A DNA stretch of 64,000 nucleotides, taken from positions 259,448 through 323,447 of the forward strand of contig NW_005434626.1 in assembly GCF_000315625.1 (NCBI RefSeq), in the 5' to 3' direction. The DNA is from Guillardia theta CCMP2712 (lineage: Eukaryota; Protista; Cryptophyta). The position numbers and the translations under genes are program-made. Positions 1-11,810 of the stretch are shown piece after piece; within the stretch, counting starts at the first letter, position 1; every line of letters starts with the position of its first letter. A model generated the notes under the pieces. That model was not told where the DNA came from and did no database searches. It saw only the letters and a program-made list of their open reading frames with translations.

Positions 1-427
1 CTTGTTTTCTTTCTGTCTGATACTAAAATGGCATCAGCCATGTTTGTCTCGATGACATCTTAGAGTCACAAGACCCGCAAGAGATTGAAATGCAGAAGGT
101 GATCAATGCCAATTCACTTAGCGGACTCGACTTGAGGCCGCTCGGAGTTGCTTCTGATCAAACTGAAAGTCAAAGTCAAAGCATGTGACTGTGGTCTTTT
201 CAGATTTTACAAGAGATCGAGTTTTTAGATAAGAAGCTCACGGCAAAGAACAAGAGCATATCAGCGGAAACGTCAAAAACATCACAGGTAATTTCATGTT
301 GTCCAGAAAAATTCCTTGGCTCAATCATCTGATATGAATACTGACGCAGATGCAGAACCGCAAGAGAGGAGGAGTTCCACGGGAATTTCGTGACATTCTG
401 ACACCCCGTTGTAAACCGTGGAAATGA
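1..427 (+). CDS. 3' end of a spliced gene entering from the left edge (unknown protein)
   Basis: Short exons bounded by AG/GT: ttttcag|ILQEIEFLDKKLTAKNKSISAETSKTSQ|gtaatt and ctgacgcag|MQNRKRGGVPREFRDILTPRCKPWK* (TGA 425-427). Confidence 0.5.
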
Positions 428-644
428 GGAACAGGGGAAAGAGGGTATAGATTGAAAATCCAACTTTACCAATAATAGACAGCAAACATGACATTGAAAA
501 AATACCTATGAGAATCAGAAAACAATAAAAATTTTGACATCTTGACCAGCATCACAACAAACTGAGGAAGGAGCCCTCGTGATTCATCTTTCGCATCCGA
601 AATGTCTCCATGAGCGAGCAACACATCTCGGTTCGTCGAGAACC

Positions 645-1851
645 TTACTGCTTGTGCTCTTGGTCTTCATCCTCACTCTCTTTGCGCCAGGGCTCCTGCC
701 CTTCCCTGAACCAAGCTTTCTCCTGTCCAAGGCATTAGAACACAAAGACGACAACATCGAACAGCTACAAGATGCTCGCTGCTCCCCGAAGCCGCCTTCA
801 GATTCCTCAACTGCGATCATGTCAAAGGGGTTCAGATCAAGCAGTGAAGCTAAAACCTCCTCGTCGTTCAAAGTGAAGGCGAGCTCCTCTTTCTTGCACT
901 TATCTACATCTTCTTCACTGTCACTGCGCTTCGGAGATTGTAGAGGGGATTCAAAATCTTCGAGGATGTCTTCATTCCCTATCCAGCTTCCCTGATGGCA
1001 AAATCAAAACTCCTCCACGACCTTCCACTGCTACTGTTGTTCTGTCGAACTCCATCTTCGGTTCAGCTTCATTCCCACTGCTGCCGATATTTTCAAGCTT
1101 TTCTTGCAACTTCAGCGGTATGTTCTCTTCCCAAAGATCGTCAAGGTTATCATCGTTGTCTTCAGGTTCTGTCAAGGTATCAAGTGAGATGCAGACACAG
1201 AGCAAACGATTCAATCACCTTTCCCCTTTTTCTTTGAAGAGGATGGAGATGACGACGCGGCCGCTTTAGCACTGGTAGATGCTGTGTCTCTGTGCGAGCT
1301 CTTACCTTCTGACCCGGTCTTCGGGCTGGGCAGCCTTAGTGAACTGACTGCAACGGGGCTGGCAATCGACTTGGGCGATTCCTTTGATGCCGCGCTTCTA
1401 CCTTTAGAAGCAGTCTGCATTGCAAGAAGATCAGAAACGGACGACACTTGATTGAAAGAACAGGCGTGTAGAACAGGCTCAAAAATTGGTGATGTCATCA
1501 AATGGTGTCAAACTTAGGCAGACAGTCGCAGACAGCACAAGCGATGTCAGAAACGTGAGCAAACTTATACAACATACAAAAAAATACACATGAGGGTATG
1601 AAGTCAACCTCCTCCTTTGCTTCTTTGCCATCCGTTGTGTCCACAGCACCGTACAGGTGACGGTCGGAGACCGCATCCTTTCTTTTGCCAGAGAGGAAGC
1701 GATCAAAGACCTCTTTCAAGACGATAAGTATGAGCAGGAAGACGATAATGAGCAGGAGGAGGACAGTGATAGTCGAGTCTCCTGCTAGGGAGCCGAATGC
1801 TGACGCCTCCCCATAGCCGTCTCCTTTCGCCATTGTACTCGTCGCCCTCAT
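645..1851 (-). CDS. Spliced hypothetical protein with one N-terminal transmembrane helix and a low-complexity Ser/acidic tail
   Basis: ORF 1498-1851 has TVLLLLIIVFLLILIVL. Downstream minus-strand exons are Ser/Lys-rich then Asp/Glu-rich, ending EKAWFREGQEPWRKESEDEDQEHKQ*. Internal boundaries approximate. Confidence 0.5.
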
Positions 1852-3052
1852 CCCCTCGCCCGATTTAGCTCAATCACTTGGTAACGGATAACCGTTGCGG
1901 TCTTGCACACCCGGCGATACCTAAGTCGCCGACCAGGCTCGGCCCGCCTGCGATGTCTACTACCCCACCCACCCCCGAATGGACGCCATGACCCCCCTTG
2001 TGATTCAAGTTATTGTACCAGGTTTGGGGTACTCTACCCCCTCTTTCATAAAGGACCCTGACCCCAGTCGTTCCGATAATTCGGTCCCCATGGCTAAAAA
2101 CATTTCATCCCCAAAACGAAATTTCAAAAGGAAAGGTTCAAAATATACCGGTAGTTTTAAACTCACAAATGTGGGTAGTGGTACCTCGATCAACTGGGTC
2201 CAGGAAGCATTTGTGACTTTCAGGGGCTTCCATCTCAAAGAAATAATATTTGGGGGTGGGGTAGAATGACTTTACTAGGGGGGTGGTACAAGATGAGTCG
2301 TCGTGTGGTTGTGGGGAGGGTAGTGAATGGATGTTGAAACCAAGGTATAACATACCCCCTTGATCAACTTTGTCCACATGGGTAGGGTAACCATGAGCTG
2401 TTGGGGGGGTAGGGTCCAGAGACTCTGGATAAACGGTGGGGTAGTATGTGTGAAACAAGGTGGGTGGGTGCAGTCCGAGAGGAGCGCGAGGAAGAGAAAT
2501 GGCGGGAGGGAAATGTTGTGAAGTATGCATGAGATGTGATGAACTTAGATGATAGCTGGGAGATGCTCTGTACGTTAGCAACTTGATCATAAGCGTTGTT
2601 CAAGTTAGATATGTGCACCTGTCTGTTGGTTTTGCTCACGTGAGAAGGGACCGTGGTAGTTCGGATAAGGAAAATGGGGGAGGTCGGTGTTGGACATGGT
2701 TTGAGTCCGATGCCATGAGACTCTAGATATAGGCACTCATCCCGTGGGGTTCCAAATGATTTTCAAAGCATTAGATTTGTATTATGCTTATTTCATAGAC
2801 AGCGTGGGAGGTTCGACAGGCTTGAAGGGGAGTGATGAAGTGCAGTTGGCTATTTTGGAAGTTTTCAAAAAAAAAAATTGATGAGTTTGTTTCCAGGAAC
2901 TGGACACTGGCAAGTTTCCTTTGTCCCAATTGTTTGAGACAGGGCATTCTTGACAGGCCGTCTGGCCGGAAGATTTGTCGAGCGTTTCTTTTTTTTGAAT
3001 TGATTTAGATCACGGCATATATTTTTGTCAAGTTGACTTGAAGCTTGGCTCC

Positions 3053-4029
3053 ATGACTTCAATCTCTTGTTCAGATTTGGATAGACAAATTGAACAGCTA
3101 CTCCGGTGTGAGTATATCAAAGAATCTGAGGTGAAAATTTTGTGCGCGAAGGCAAGAGAAATTTTGGTAGAGGAAAGCAATGTCCAGCACGTGGATGCTC
3201 CAGTAACGATCTGTGGTGATATTCATGGACAGTTCTTTGACCTGAAAGAGTTGTTCAATGTCGGTGGAGAATGTCCAGATACCAATTATCTTTTTATGGG
3301 CGACTTCGTCGATCGAGGATTTTACAGCGTAGAAACTTTCTTGCTCTTGCTTGCACTGAAAGTACGCTACCCTGATCGAATCACGCTGATACGAGGGAAT
3401 CATGAGAGTAGGCAAATCACACAGGTTTATGGATTTTACGATGAATGCTTGAGGAAGTATGGATCTGTGAATGTTTGGAGGTATTGCACAGAAGTATTTG
3501 ACTACCTTTCCCTCTCAGCGTTAATCGAGGGAAAGACGTTCTGTGTTCACGGAGGGCTTTCCCCGTCCATTACAACCCTGGATCAAATTAGAACTATTGA
3601 TAGAAAGCAAGAAATCCCTCATGATGGTTCTATGTGCGATCTCATGTGGTCAGACCCAGAGGACATCGATGGCTGGGGCCTCAGCCCAAGGGGAGCAGGT
3701 TATCTTTTTGGAGGAGACATCACGGCACAGTTTAACCAGACGAATAACATTGAATTGATCGCTAGAGCTCATCAGCTTGTGATGGAAGGCTACAAGTACA
3801 TGTTCAACGAATCTCTAGTGACAGTATGGTCGGCTCCGAATTATTGCTATCGATGTGGGAATGTTGCTGCCATCTTGGAGTTGGACGAAAACCTCAATCG
3901 ATCATTCAAGATCTTCGATGCAGCACCTCAGGTATTTTTATCGAAATGTTTCTGAGTGACGAACTGACAAATCTGTAGGAGACTAGGGGTGTTCCAGCCA
4001 AGAAACCTCCTCCCGATTATTTCTTGTAG
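3053..4029 (+). CDS. PPP4C: Serine/threonine protein phosphatase 4 catalytic subunit (PPP family); exons 3053-3931 and 3979-4029
   Basis: GDIHGQ, GDFVDRG, RGNHE and [11 protein letters not shown] motifs. [11 protein letters not shown]-terminus. Removing the 47-nt GT-AG intron restores the C-terminus [16 protein letters not shown]. Confidence 0.95.
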
Positions 4030-4229
4030 AATACGTGTGTTGGCGATGCATGAAACGGGAGCAGGATGAACGCAGGTTCAGATCTCCTCGCAACACTCTT
4101 TGACAGGCTGTTTAAATGTAGTTGGGAAAAACAAATGATCATCACAGCGTTCTGTCACTTCTCTTGTTTCAACCACAATTCTCGCTCGACATTGAAGCGA
4201 TGTTGATGTACGGATGAGATTTAATCCTA

Positions 4230-6278
4230 TTACAACATCGCATCTCTATCCACAGGATTGAAGAACTTAGAATGTTCAGCATGACCCCCGATTCCGTCGA
4301 ACGCCTTCACAAACTCCAGCGCCCGAGACTGTACGCTGTCAGGAGCGGGGGCCTGGACTTCCTTCTTTGAAGGCACAACTGCCTTGTTAGGCTTGTGGGT
4401 AGACGCCGAGGGTGCTAGAGGCACCTCATACTTCACCTTGTGCATGGCTGCCTTCTTGAGGCGCTCCTCGGCCTCTTTCTTCTTCTCGGCGCTGTCATGC
4501 TTCTGTATCAACTTCTCTAGAATGCTCTTCTCAATAGAATGCAGCCTTGTAAACCCTCCTGATGTGGATGAATGGCCTTCCTCGTCCTTGTCCATCCCCC
4601 CGAAGATGAAGTTGGTGTCGTCCTCTATACTTCTCTCATCCTCTTTCGCCATTTCCTGAACTGCTTTTTGCTTGATCAACTGATCTGCTTGTCGGAGCAC
4701 CTCCTTGGGAATCTTGATATGAGACTCCTTCTCATGGTGAGCAGAGGACTTACGAGTCTTGACAGTCTGAGATGGGACCGAGTCCCTCTTCACGTTGTAC
4801 CGATCATGGTGAACATCTACTTTCTCCGATCTGATGTGACTGCTTCCTTCTGCTGGCCTTTCCTCGTCGGTCCTTGGCACCTTTTGAAGGAGCGACTGTG
4901 TCGATTGCTGATGATAGAAGGAGGGACTGGACTCATGACGAGACTCCCTTGACTCATCGAGTTTCTTTTGATAGAGTCTTTGAGCTGCGAGGTTCTTACG
5001 ATCCTGCAGCAGGCCAGATCGAATGTGATGCTCCACCTCCCCCTCCTTCACGGCAAGCTTCTTGATCTGGCTCTTCAAACTCTCAGTGTTTTTCTCCGTC
5101 TTGTCCTCGAAGTCTCTGATGTCACTCAATGCCTTCCTGATCTCAAACATATCTTCTGCGTGTGAGGAATGAGCATCATTCTGTGCAGGCTTGACGTGCT
5201 GCTTCGAAGCACCTTCATCCTCCCATGCCTTCTGATCGTCCACACCGTGCTCTCTCTCCCACCTGTACAACGCTGCGATAGCTGCATCCACATGCGGAGG
5301 TCTCTTGGCCTTCCCTTCTGCAGGCCTTTTGCTGGACTCGGAGGAAACTTCCCTATGGGATTGTTCTGTTCCAGTCTTTTCCCTCTTGTCCTGATTCGCG
5401 TGCAAGTCCATCGGCTCAGAGCTCCGTCTCCTTCTAGGAACACGATCAGCTCCACCATCCCGGAGTGCATCAGCCCCATCCTCGTCCACCGAGCGCACTG
5501 GACGCCTCTCATGTCTATGTCCATGCCTGCTATCACGAAGGAGCTGTGATTTGGAGGATTGGAACCAAGTGGGAGATTCTGAGGCTGTGCTTCCCTCCAC
5601 ATAGTCATCTGGGTAGGAAGTAGCAGCAGTATGTCCACCATCAGGATCTTCACGGAAGACAACAGGGACGGCAGGATACGTTGTGGTGCTCGGGTTCCGT
5701 TCTAGATAATCTCGTTGGCTCTCTCGCCACATTTTAGCAGCATCCTCGTCAGAAACCCCGTAGCCTTCTGGAGCCGGGAGATAGTCGTATGTTTGATAGA
5801 CGTTGAAGTCTGCGGGATGCTGCTCGGAAGAAGAGGTTGCATACGGAATAGCACTCAGCTGCGTGCGCTTTGAAAGAGGAGGGCCGGTAGGAGGAGCCGC
5901 CCTTTTACGATCAAGGTTTGCTTGGTTGAGGGTACTTGCTCTCAACTGCTCATTTCGCCCCATCTCAGAGATGACATTCGAGGGATATCTTCCATTCCTG
6001 AAGGTCAGAGGCGACAATGCTTGCGTCAACTCCTTCCTCTGCTCTGCTGCTTGCGAAAACAACTGCGCCCACCTTTGCTGCTGAAACAAAGAATGGAGCC
6101 GCTTGGCCGCATTCACTCCCATTTCTGGCGCTGAGACTATCGCTGATTGAGGTGACCATCTGCCAAATAAAGAAGCAGCCTGATCTTCCCGTGCTGTAAG
6201 GGCAAACAAACACACAGTCGCTGCCAAGACCAGCCCAGCGGCGCCTATCTTCCATAGACGCGACGGATGAGCAGGCAT
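4230..6278 (-). CDS. 682-aa hypothetical protein with an N-terminal hydrophobic anchor/signal and a charged low-complexity body
   Basis: Uninterrupted 2-kb ORF with IGAAGLVLAATVCLFAL near the N-terminus; no recognisable domain. Confidence 0.75.
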   Translation of the reverse strand: MPAHPSRLWKIGAAGLVLAATVCLFALTAREDQAASLFGRWSPQSAIVSAPEMGVNAAKRLHSLFQQQRWAQLFSQAAEQRKELTQALSPLTFRNGRYPSNVISEMGRNEQLRASTLNQANLDRKRAAPPTGPPLSKRTQLSAIPYATSSSEQHPADFNVYQTYDYLPAPEGYGVSDEDAAKMWRESQRDYLERNPSTTTYPAVPVVFREDPDGGHTAATSYPDDYVEGSTASESPTWFQSSKSQLLRDSRHGHRHERRPVRSVDEDGADALRDGGADRVPRRRRSSEPMDLHANQDKREKTGTEQSHREVSSESSKRPAEGKAKRPPHVDAAIAALYRWEREHGVDDQKAWEDEGASKQHVKPAQNDAHSSHAEDMFEIRKALSDIRDFEDKTEKNTESLKSQIKKLAVKEGEVEHHIRSGLLQDRKNLAAQRLYQKKLDESRESRHESSPSFYHQQSTQSLLQKVPRTDEERPAEGSSHIRSEKVDVHHDRYNVKRDSVPSQTVKTRKSSAHHEKESHIKIPKEVLRQADQLIKQKAVQEMAKEDERSIEDDTNFIFGGMDKDEEGHSSTSGGFTRLHSIEKSILEKLIQKHDSAEKKKEAEERLKKAAMHKVKYEVPLAPSASTHKPNKAVVPSKKEVQAPAPDSVQSRALEFVKAFDGIGGHAEHSKFFNPVDRDAML

Positions 6279-6458
6279 TTGTACAAAGATACGCGTTTTC
6301 CGTCAGATTTGATCAGCCTCTTATGTACTCACGAAGTCACTTCACTTGCATGAGATCAGTTCAGTGAACAACAGCTCCCGGTTGGATCCCTTCTTCTTCA
6401 AACGATGCTGTCAAAAGTTGTTTCTCTCCGTCCCGTTACTTCTCGCTCCCACTTGTTC

Positions 6459-6590
6459 TCTCCTCTCCTCTCCTCTCCTCTCACTCTCCTCTCCTCTCCC
6501 CTCCTCTCCTCTCCTCTCACTCTCCTCTCCTCTCCCCTCCTCTCCTCTCACTCTCCTCTCACTCTCCTCTCCTCTCCTCTCCTCTCCTCT
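6459..6590. repeat. (CTCCT)n/(CT)n pyrimidine microsatellite between divergent genes
   Basis: Direct reading of the sequence. Confidence 0.9.
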
Positions 6591-7026
6591 CGCTGTCTGC
6601 TTCTTCAATGTGCCATCGTCACTTGCCGTGCATCCCCGCCATTTCCGGAAATAGAGAATAACGGGTAAGTGTAACGGTCCTAGTTGTGAGGGCCGGGTTT
6701 GAATCGATTTTTTTTCAGCGGAAGATTCTGAGGCAGGCGCGGAACTGTGCCGTCGGGGAGCCTCAATGGTGGATGGTGTGGCGGGAAGGGAAGGGAGGAC
6801 GGGGGTCAAGAAGAAACGAGAGGAGAGAAGCATGCACGAGCAAAGATGAGAACGATGCAAGATGTGAACAGCAGATTGAGGGTCTCAGGTAGCTCATCTT
6901 GTCGACAAACTTCTTGTTTGTTGGGTGATCGGGGGTGAAGGATAGGCTGCCAAATGTGTGGCACCACAAGGATGCTAAAGCACAAGTGTTTCATCTCCTC
7001 TTCTTCCTCGTGAGCATGGTACAATA

Positions 7027-9624
7027 ATGTCCGAAGCCATTCAGTCGCATGCAGTCAGGAGTCCACCGCTGTGTGCTCCATTTGGAGATCACTATCGGTA
7101 TAACAATCGGACGGAGGGCACAGCGGTTGAGGGCAATGAAAGCAAGGCGTCTAGAAGGAAGAGATCATCTATCTTCTTGTCCCCAAAAGAACAGAGCGAG
7201 ACTGTGAATGCTAGGAAGCTGGGAAGAGCCTCCCAATCCAAGTCTGATAGTAAGTGATTCACAACCCTGATGCAAAGCTAATCAAGTTTTGTATCGCAGA
7301 AGCTCTCACGGAGAATATGTTGAAGCTGATCAGGCAAGATACCAACTCTCCACGCCGCAAGATGCTTCTTCGTCATCATCGTTCAGCTGTCATCAAGCTT
7401 GAAACTTTGCGCTTATTCGCTCTTGTCTCCGTCTTTTGCGCCATTTCTGCTCCTACGCTGGAGTCATGGAACTCAACATTGCAAGGGAGTGCAAAGCCGG
7501 CGTTGGCCCGGATAGATTCTCTCAAGATCCTCACTGTCTTTTCTGCGAGCATGTTCTCTGTTTGCTTCTACATCATCGCTGCGACTTTCAAGGATGTCGA
7601 TGCCCCCTTGCCTCCGAGCACGATCAAGGCTCACTTGCAAAACTTGCTGAGATGTAGGTGGTCGGAAGGATGCTCTCGATCTGTGAGCTCACTTGCAAGG
7701 AAGTGCAATGAGTTTGATGCTGTTGACAGCCCTTGTACGGCATGAATGAAGACATCCCCAAGTTCTGTTCAACGCACAAACAGGTGTATGAGGGGAAATG
7801 ACGACATGTCTGTACTCTCTGCTGTGATTGATGGGTTCTTGATGCCTGATGTTGGTGCCTGTGACTTTGTTGTTTTGCAGGAACATCACAGAAATCTCAA
7901 GGTGAAGCTGTGCATGTCGCCTGAAGGGTGTCAGAAACAAGTGATTATGAAATGAGAAGTCCGTATCGAAGGCTGACATGTTGCCGACAAAAGGCTTCTT
8001 TCGGCTCAGTCAATGACAAGCATCCAAGATTCTGTCATGTGTGTAAAATTACATCACTGTCTTTCTTTCTCCTCATTGCTCATGCAGAATCACAAGCTGG
8101 AGTCACACGTATTTGATAATGCTTCATTCCAGACTGTGATCGCCTTAAAACAGATCAACATTGTCGCTAGAACATGTTCACATGCTGACTGCAAACGAAG
8201 AGTATGAACGATGATGAGGAGGAGAAGGAGAAGGAGAAGGAGAAGGAGAAGGAGAAGGAAGAGAATGAGGAGTTGAGGGCGGGGAGGAGGAGGAGAAGGA
8301 CGTTGTGGTGATAGTGCTTATGGTTTTGATTTGTTTCAGCCGATCTTTGGGTCGATTCTAGACCTCATTCCAAGATTCTGCATCCATCACAAGCTGGAAG
8401 ATCATGTTAACTTGAGAAGGTGAGGAAAAGAAGAGAAGCCTTCAAATGACAAGAGATAGAAGAGCGATGCATTGTGATCATATTGACAGCGATGAATTGT
8501 GATCATATTGTCATGCTGAAACTTAATTTCATGATATGAGATTCAGCTTGTTAAACGAGTTGTCTGCGATGACATGTCAATCGTAAAGTGACCGTAATGC
8601 AGCAAAAGATGTGAGTTCAACGGTTGTCCCAAACAACCTGCATTTGGAGATCCTGTACAGAGTAAGAAAGTTGTTACGTGCGAGACGATTTCTGATACAA
8701 TAACTCTTGCAAACGTAGAGATTGCACGTTTCTGTTTTGACCACAAGCCGCAAAGCAACTGGGTCAACATCATGGCAAGGAGGTGTGAGGTGATCCGAAC
8801 GTGTTTGTCTCGCTGCTGTTCTCAGATAATTGTTGTCGTCAGCATGAGAACTGTCTCTCTCGCCCGTCATATGCCGCCTCCTACAACATGACAGCCAGGT
8901 AAGGCTCTGCCGTTGGGGTTGTAACATGTTACATAACGTCTGCAGATTCTGTTCACTGCACAAACCAGCTGGATTTGTGAACATGTATGTGCGACATTGT
9001 TCGGATGAAAGCGGTTGCAAGCGACAGGTGAGAATTCGAATGTCGGTGGATTGTGCGTGAGGCGTCGATGATGGCAGGCATCTTACGGATATGTTGGGTC
9101 GAAGACTGACCTAAGATGTACCAAACACAAGCGCGATGGGATGGTGAGATAAGTTGATAGCATTCCCTTTCTTCCACATCTTGTCTTCGTGTCTCATCTT
9201 TCATGTTTCATTGTTGCACCATCTTTTTCTCTCGTGTCGCATCTCTGATATCTTGTCTTTCATATCACATGTTCACACTTTATCTCTCAATCTGTCTTCC
9301 CTGCTGACTTGCTTCACTCGATGGTTCAATTCACTTTGACCGAAAGATTCACATGTGGGGATTGTGTAAAACCAAGGGATGCACCAAGAACGCCTCGTTC
9401 GGTCCAGTCGACGGTAAAGGCTACCGATGCTCTTATGGGATGAACTGACATGCTGCCTCCTGCCTTCCTCCTCCTTCATACTGCCTCCTGCCTCCTGCTC
9501 CCTTCTCCTCCCTTCCCTCTCCTGCCTTCTTCTTCCCTCCCTCTTTGCAGGGCATCGCACTTTCTGCGCGAAACACTGCAACAAAGAGGTTCACGTCTAC
9601 ATCCGAAAGTCCGGGAAATCTTGA
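7027..9624 (+). CDS. EsV-1-7 cysteine-rich repeat protein (about 7 repeats, more than 12 small exons); start uncertain
   Basis: Spliced exons give repeated C-x4/5-C-x3-(P/A)x(F/Y)G-x6/7-FC-x2-HK units: RCRWSEGCSRS/PLYGMNEDIPKFCSTHKQ; LCMSPEGCQKQ/ASFGSVNDKHPRFC; TCSHADCKRR/PIFGSILDLIPRFCIHHKLEDHVNL; RCEFNGCPKQPAFGDPVQ/IARFCFDHKPQSNWVNI; FCSLHKPAGFVNM; LCKTKGCTKNASFGPVDG/RTFCAKH. Confidence 0.85.
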
Positions 9625-9764
9625 CGGGCTGGAGCATATGACTGCAGCGATCTCAGACATCAACAGCAGCAGCAGCAGAGGAAGAAGAAGGAGGAGGAGG
9701 AGGAGGAGGAGAAGGAGCAGATGAGTTCGACTTTACAGCTCATCGTTTCTAACACATTTCTCCT

Positions 9765-10265
9765 TCACATCAAATCCGATTTGCTTGTAAATCCCATGGC
9801 ATTCTTCGTCCATGATAATGTCTGTCCAGCAATCAAGTCCGCTGAGTTTGCACCCTGTAGAGAAAAACATTACCTCTCTCCACTCCTCCCACCCTTCCCC
9901 CTCCTCCTCATCATCATCACTACCACCACCACGATCAATTGTTGTTCTATCCCCTCCCTTCCACTTTAGCTCAACTTTATCCCCTCCCATCGTCAGCACG
10001 AGCAGGCATGGTCGACTCACGTCCAGGAGCACTTGCTTGAGGTAAGTCTGATCCTCCATCAGGTCCTTGTACTTCACCTGCACAGCCTCAGCGGCTGCCA
10101 CGTCACCTGCCAGCAACACACACCTGGATGGGCGCGAGATGCGCGATCACAGCCTCGCTCAGCAGGGGCTTGAACTGCCCCCACTGCATGTGCTGAACCT
10201 CCGACAAGATGTCCTGGAGGCGAATGAGGAGATGAGGAGGAGGATCGAGAAAGGTGAGCATGACG

Positions 10266-10315
<50 letters not shown>

Positions 10316-11089
10316 GAGGTTTACCTCTTTGCTCTTGCCGGTGACGGACTGGTAAATGTTTAGGAGGTTGGTGCACTCAGGTCGTTCAGGGTTATCCCAC
10401 TCAATTCCTGACAAAGAATGAGAATGGTGGTGGTGATGGTGAAGAAGACGAAGAAGAAGAAGAAGAAGAAGAAGAAGATGATGATGATGATGATGATGAT
10501 GGTAGGGAGGAGGGGAGGCGGGAGGGGAGTGAAGGAGCGAAGAGCGAGGAGAGGAGAGGAGCGGCGTGGAGGAGGAGCGAGGGAAGAGGGAAAGAGTANN
10601 NNNNNNNNNNNNNNNNNNNNNNNNNNNNNNNNNNNNNNNNNNNNNNNNNNNNNNNNNNNNNNNNNNNNNNNNNNNNNNNNNNNNNNNNNNNNNNNNNNNN
10701 NNNNNNNNNNNNNNNNNNNNNNNNNNNNNNNNNNNNNNNNNNNNNNNNNNNNNNNNNNNNNNNNNNNNNNNNNNNNNNNNNNNNNNNNNNNNNNNNNNNN
10801 NNNNNNNNNNNNNNNNNNNNNNNNNNNNNNNNNNNNNNNNNNNNNNNNNNNNNNNNNNNNNNNNNNNNNNNNNNNNNNNNNNNNNNNNNNNNNNNNNNNN
10901 NNNNNNNNNNNNNNNNNNNNNNNNNNNNNNNNNNNNNNNNNNNNNNNNNNNNNNNNNNNNNNNNNNNNNNNNNNNNNNNNNNNNNNNNNNNNNNNNNNNN
11001 NNNNNNNNNNNNNNNNNNNNNNNNNNNNNNNNNNNNNNNACTATCATCACTCTCCTATCCATCATCATCATCATCATCATCATCATCGC

Positions 11090-11122
<33 letters not shown>

Positions 11123-11124
11123 GC

Positions 11125-11172
<48 letters not shown>

Positions 11173-11764
11173 TCTATCGTTTTCTATTTGATGCCAGCAG
11201 TCAAACATCCACCTCAGTAGTTTGATCGCTTCTCCATCATCCCTGGGATCTCGTCCTGCACATAAACAGTCAGATCCTGCTCCACCAACACCTCCTCTTG
11301 CTCTTGCTCTCAATTCCCATTTTTCTCCTCTCTTTCTCTTTCCTTCCTCCTCTTTCCTCTCCTCCCTCTCGCACCTTTTGAAGGCCTCTCCTCGATTGGA
11401 AACGTCCATAGATATCTGCAGAGGGCAACGATGAGCAAAGGAGAGGAAGAGAAGGGAGGAAAGAGAAAAATAAAGACGAAGGGAGGAGCTGGGGTGCTGG
11501 GGAGATGGGGAGATGGGGAGAGCAGAGGAGAGCAGAGGAGAGCAGAGCAGAGAGGAGAAGAAAGGGAAGGAAGGGGAGTGGTAAGAGGAGAGATTTTGTC
11601 TCTCACTTGTCGTAGTAGGCATTGTCAGCAAGGCCGAAGTCCGTGAAAGAGAACTGAGAGGTGTGAAAGTAAGAGCGACGGCAGGATGAAAACAAAAGAA
11701 GGAGAAGGAGAAAGATGAGAAATATGAGAAAAGGACGAGAAGAGAAAGAAGAAGAGCAGAAGAG

Positions 11765-11810
<46 letters not shown>

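Noticed and set aside
3932-3955. PP4 ending VFLSKCF as in the ORF track
   Set aside because: Read-through into a 47-nt intron; splicing restores the conserved DYFL terminus
10103-11225. Long ORFs with poly-M, poly-H or X runs
   Set aside because: They run through trinucleotide microsatellites and an N gap inside trpS introns
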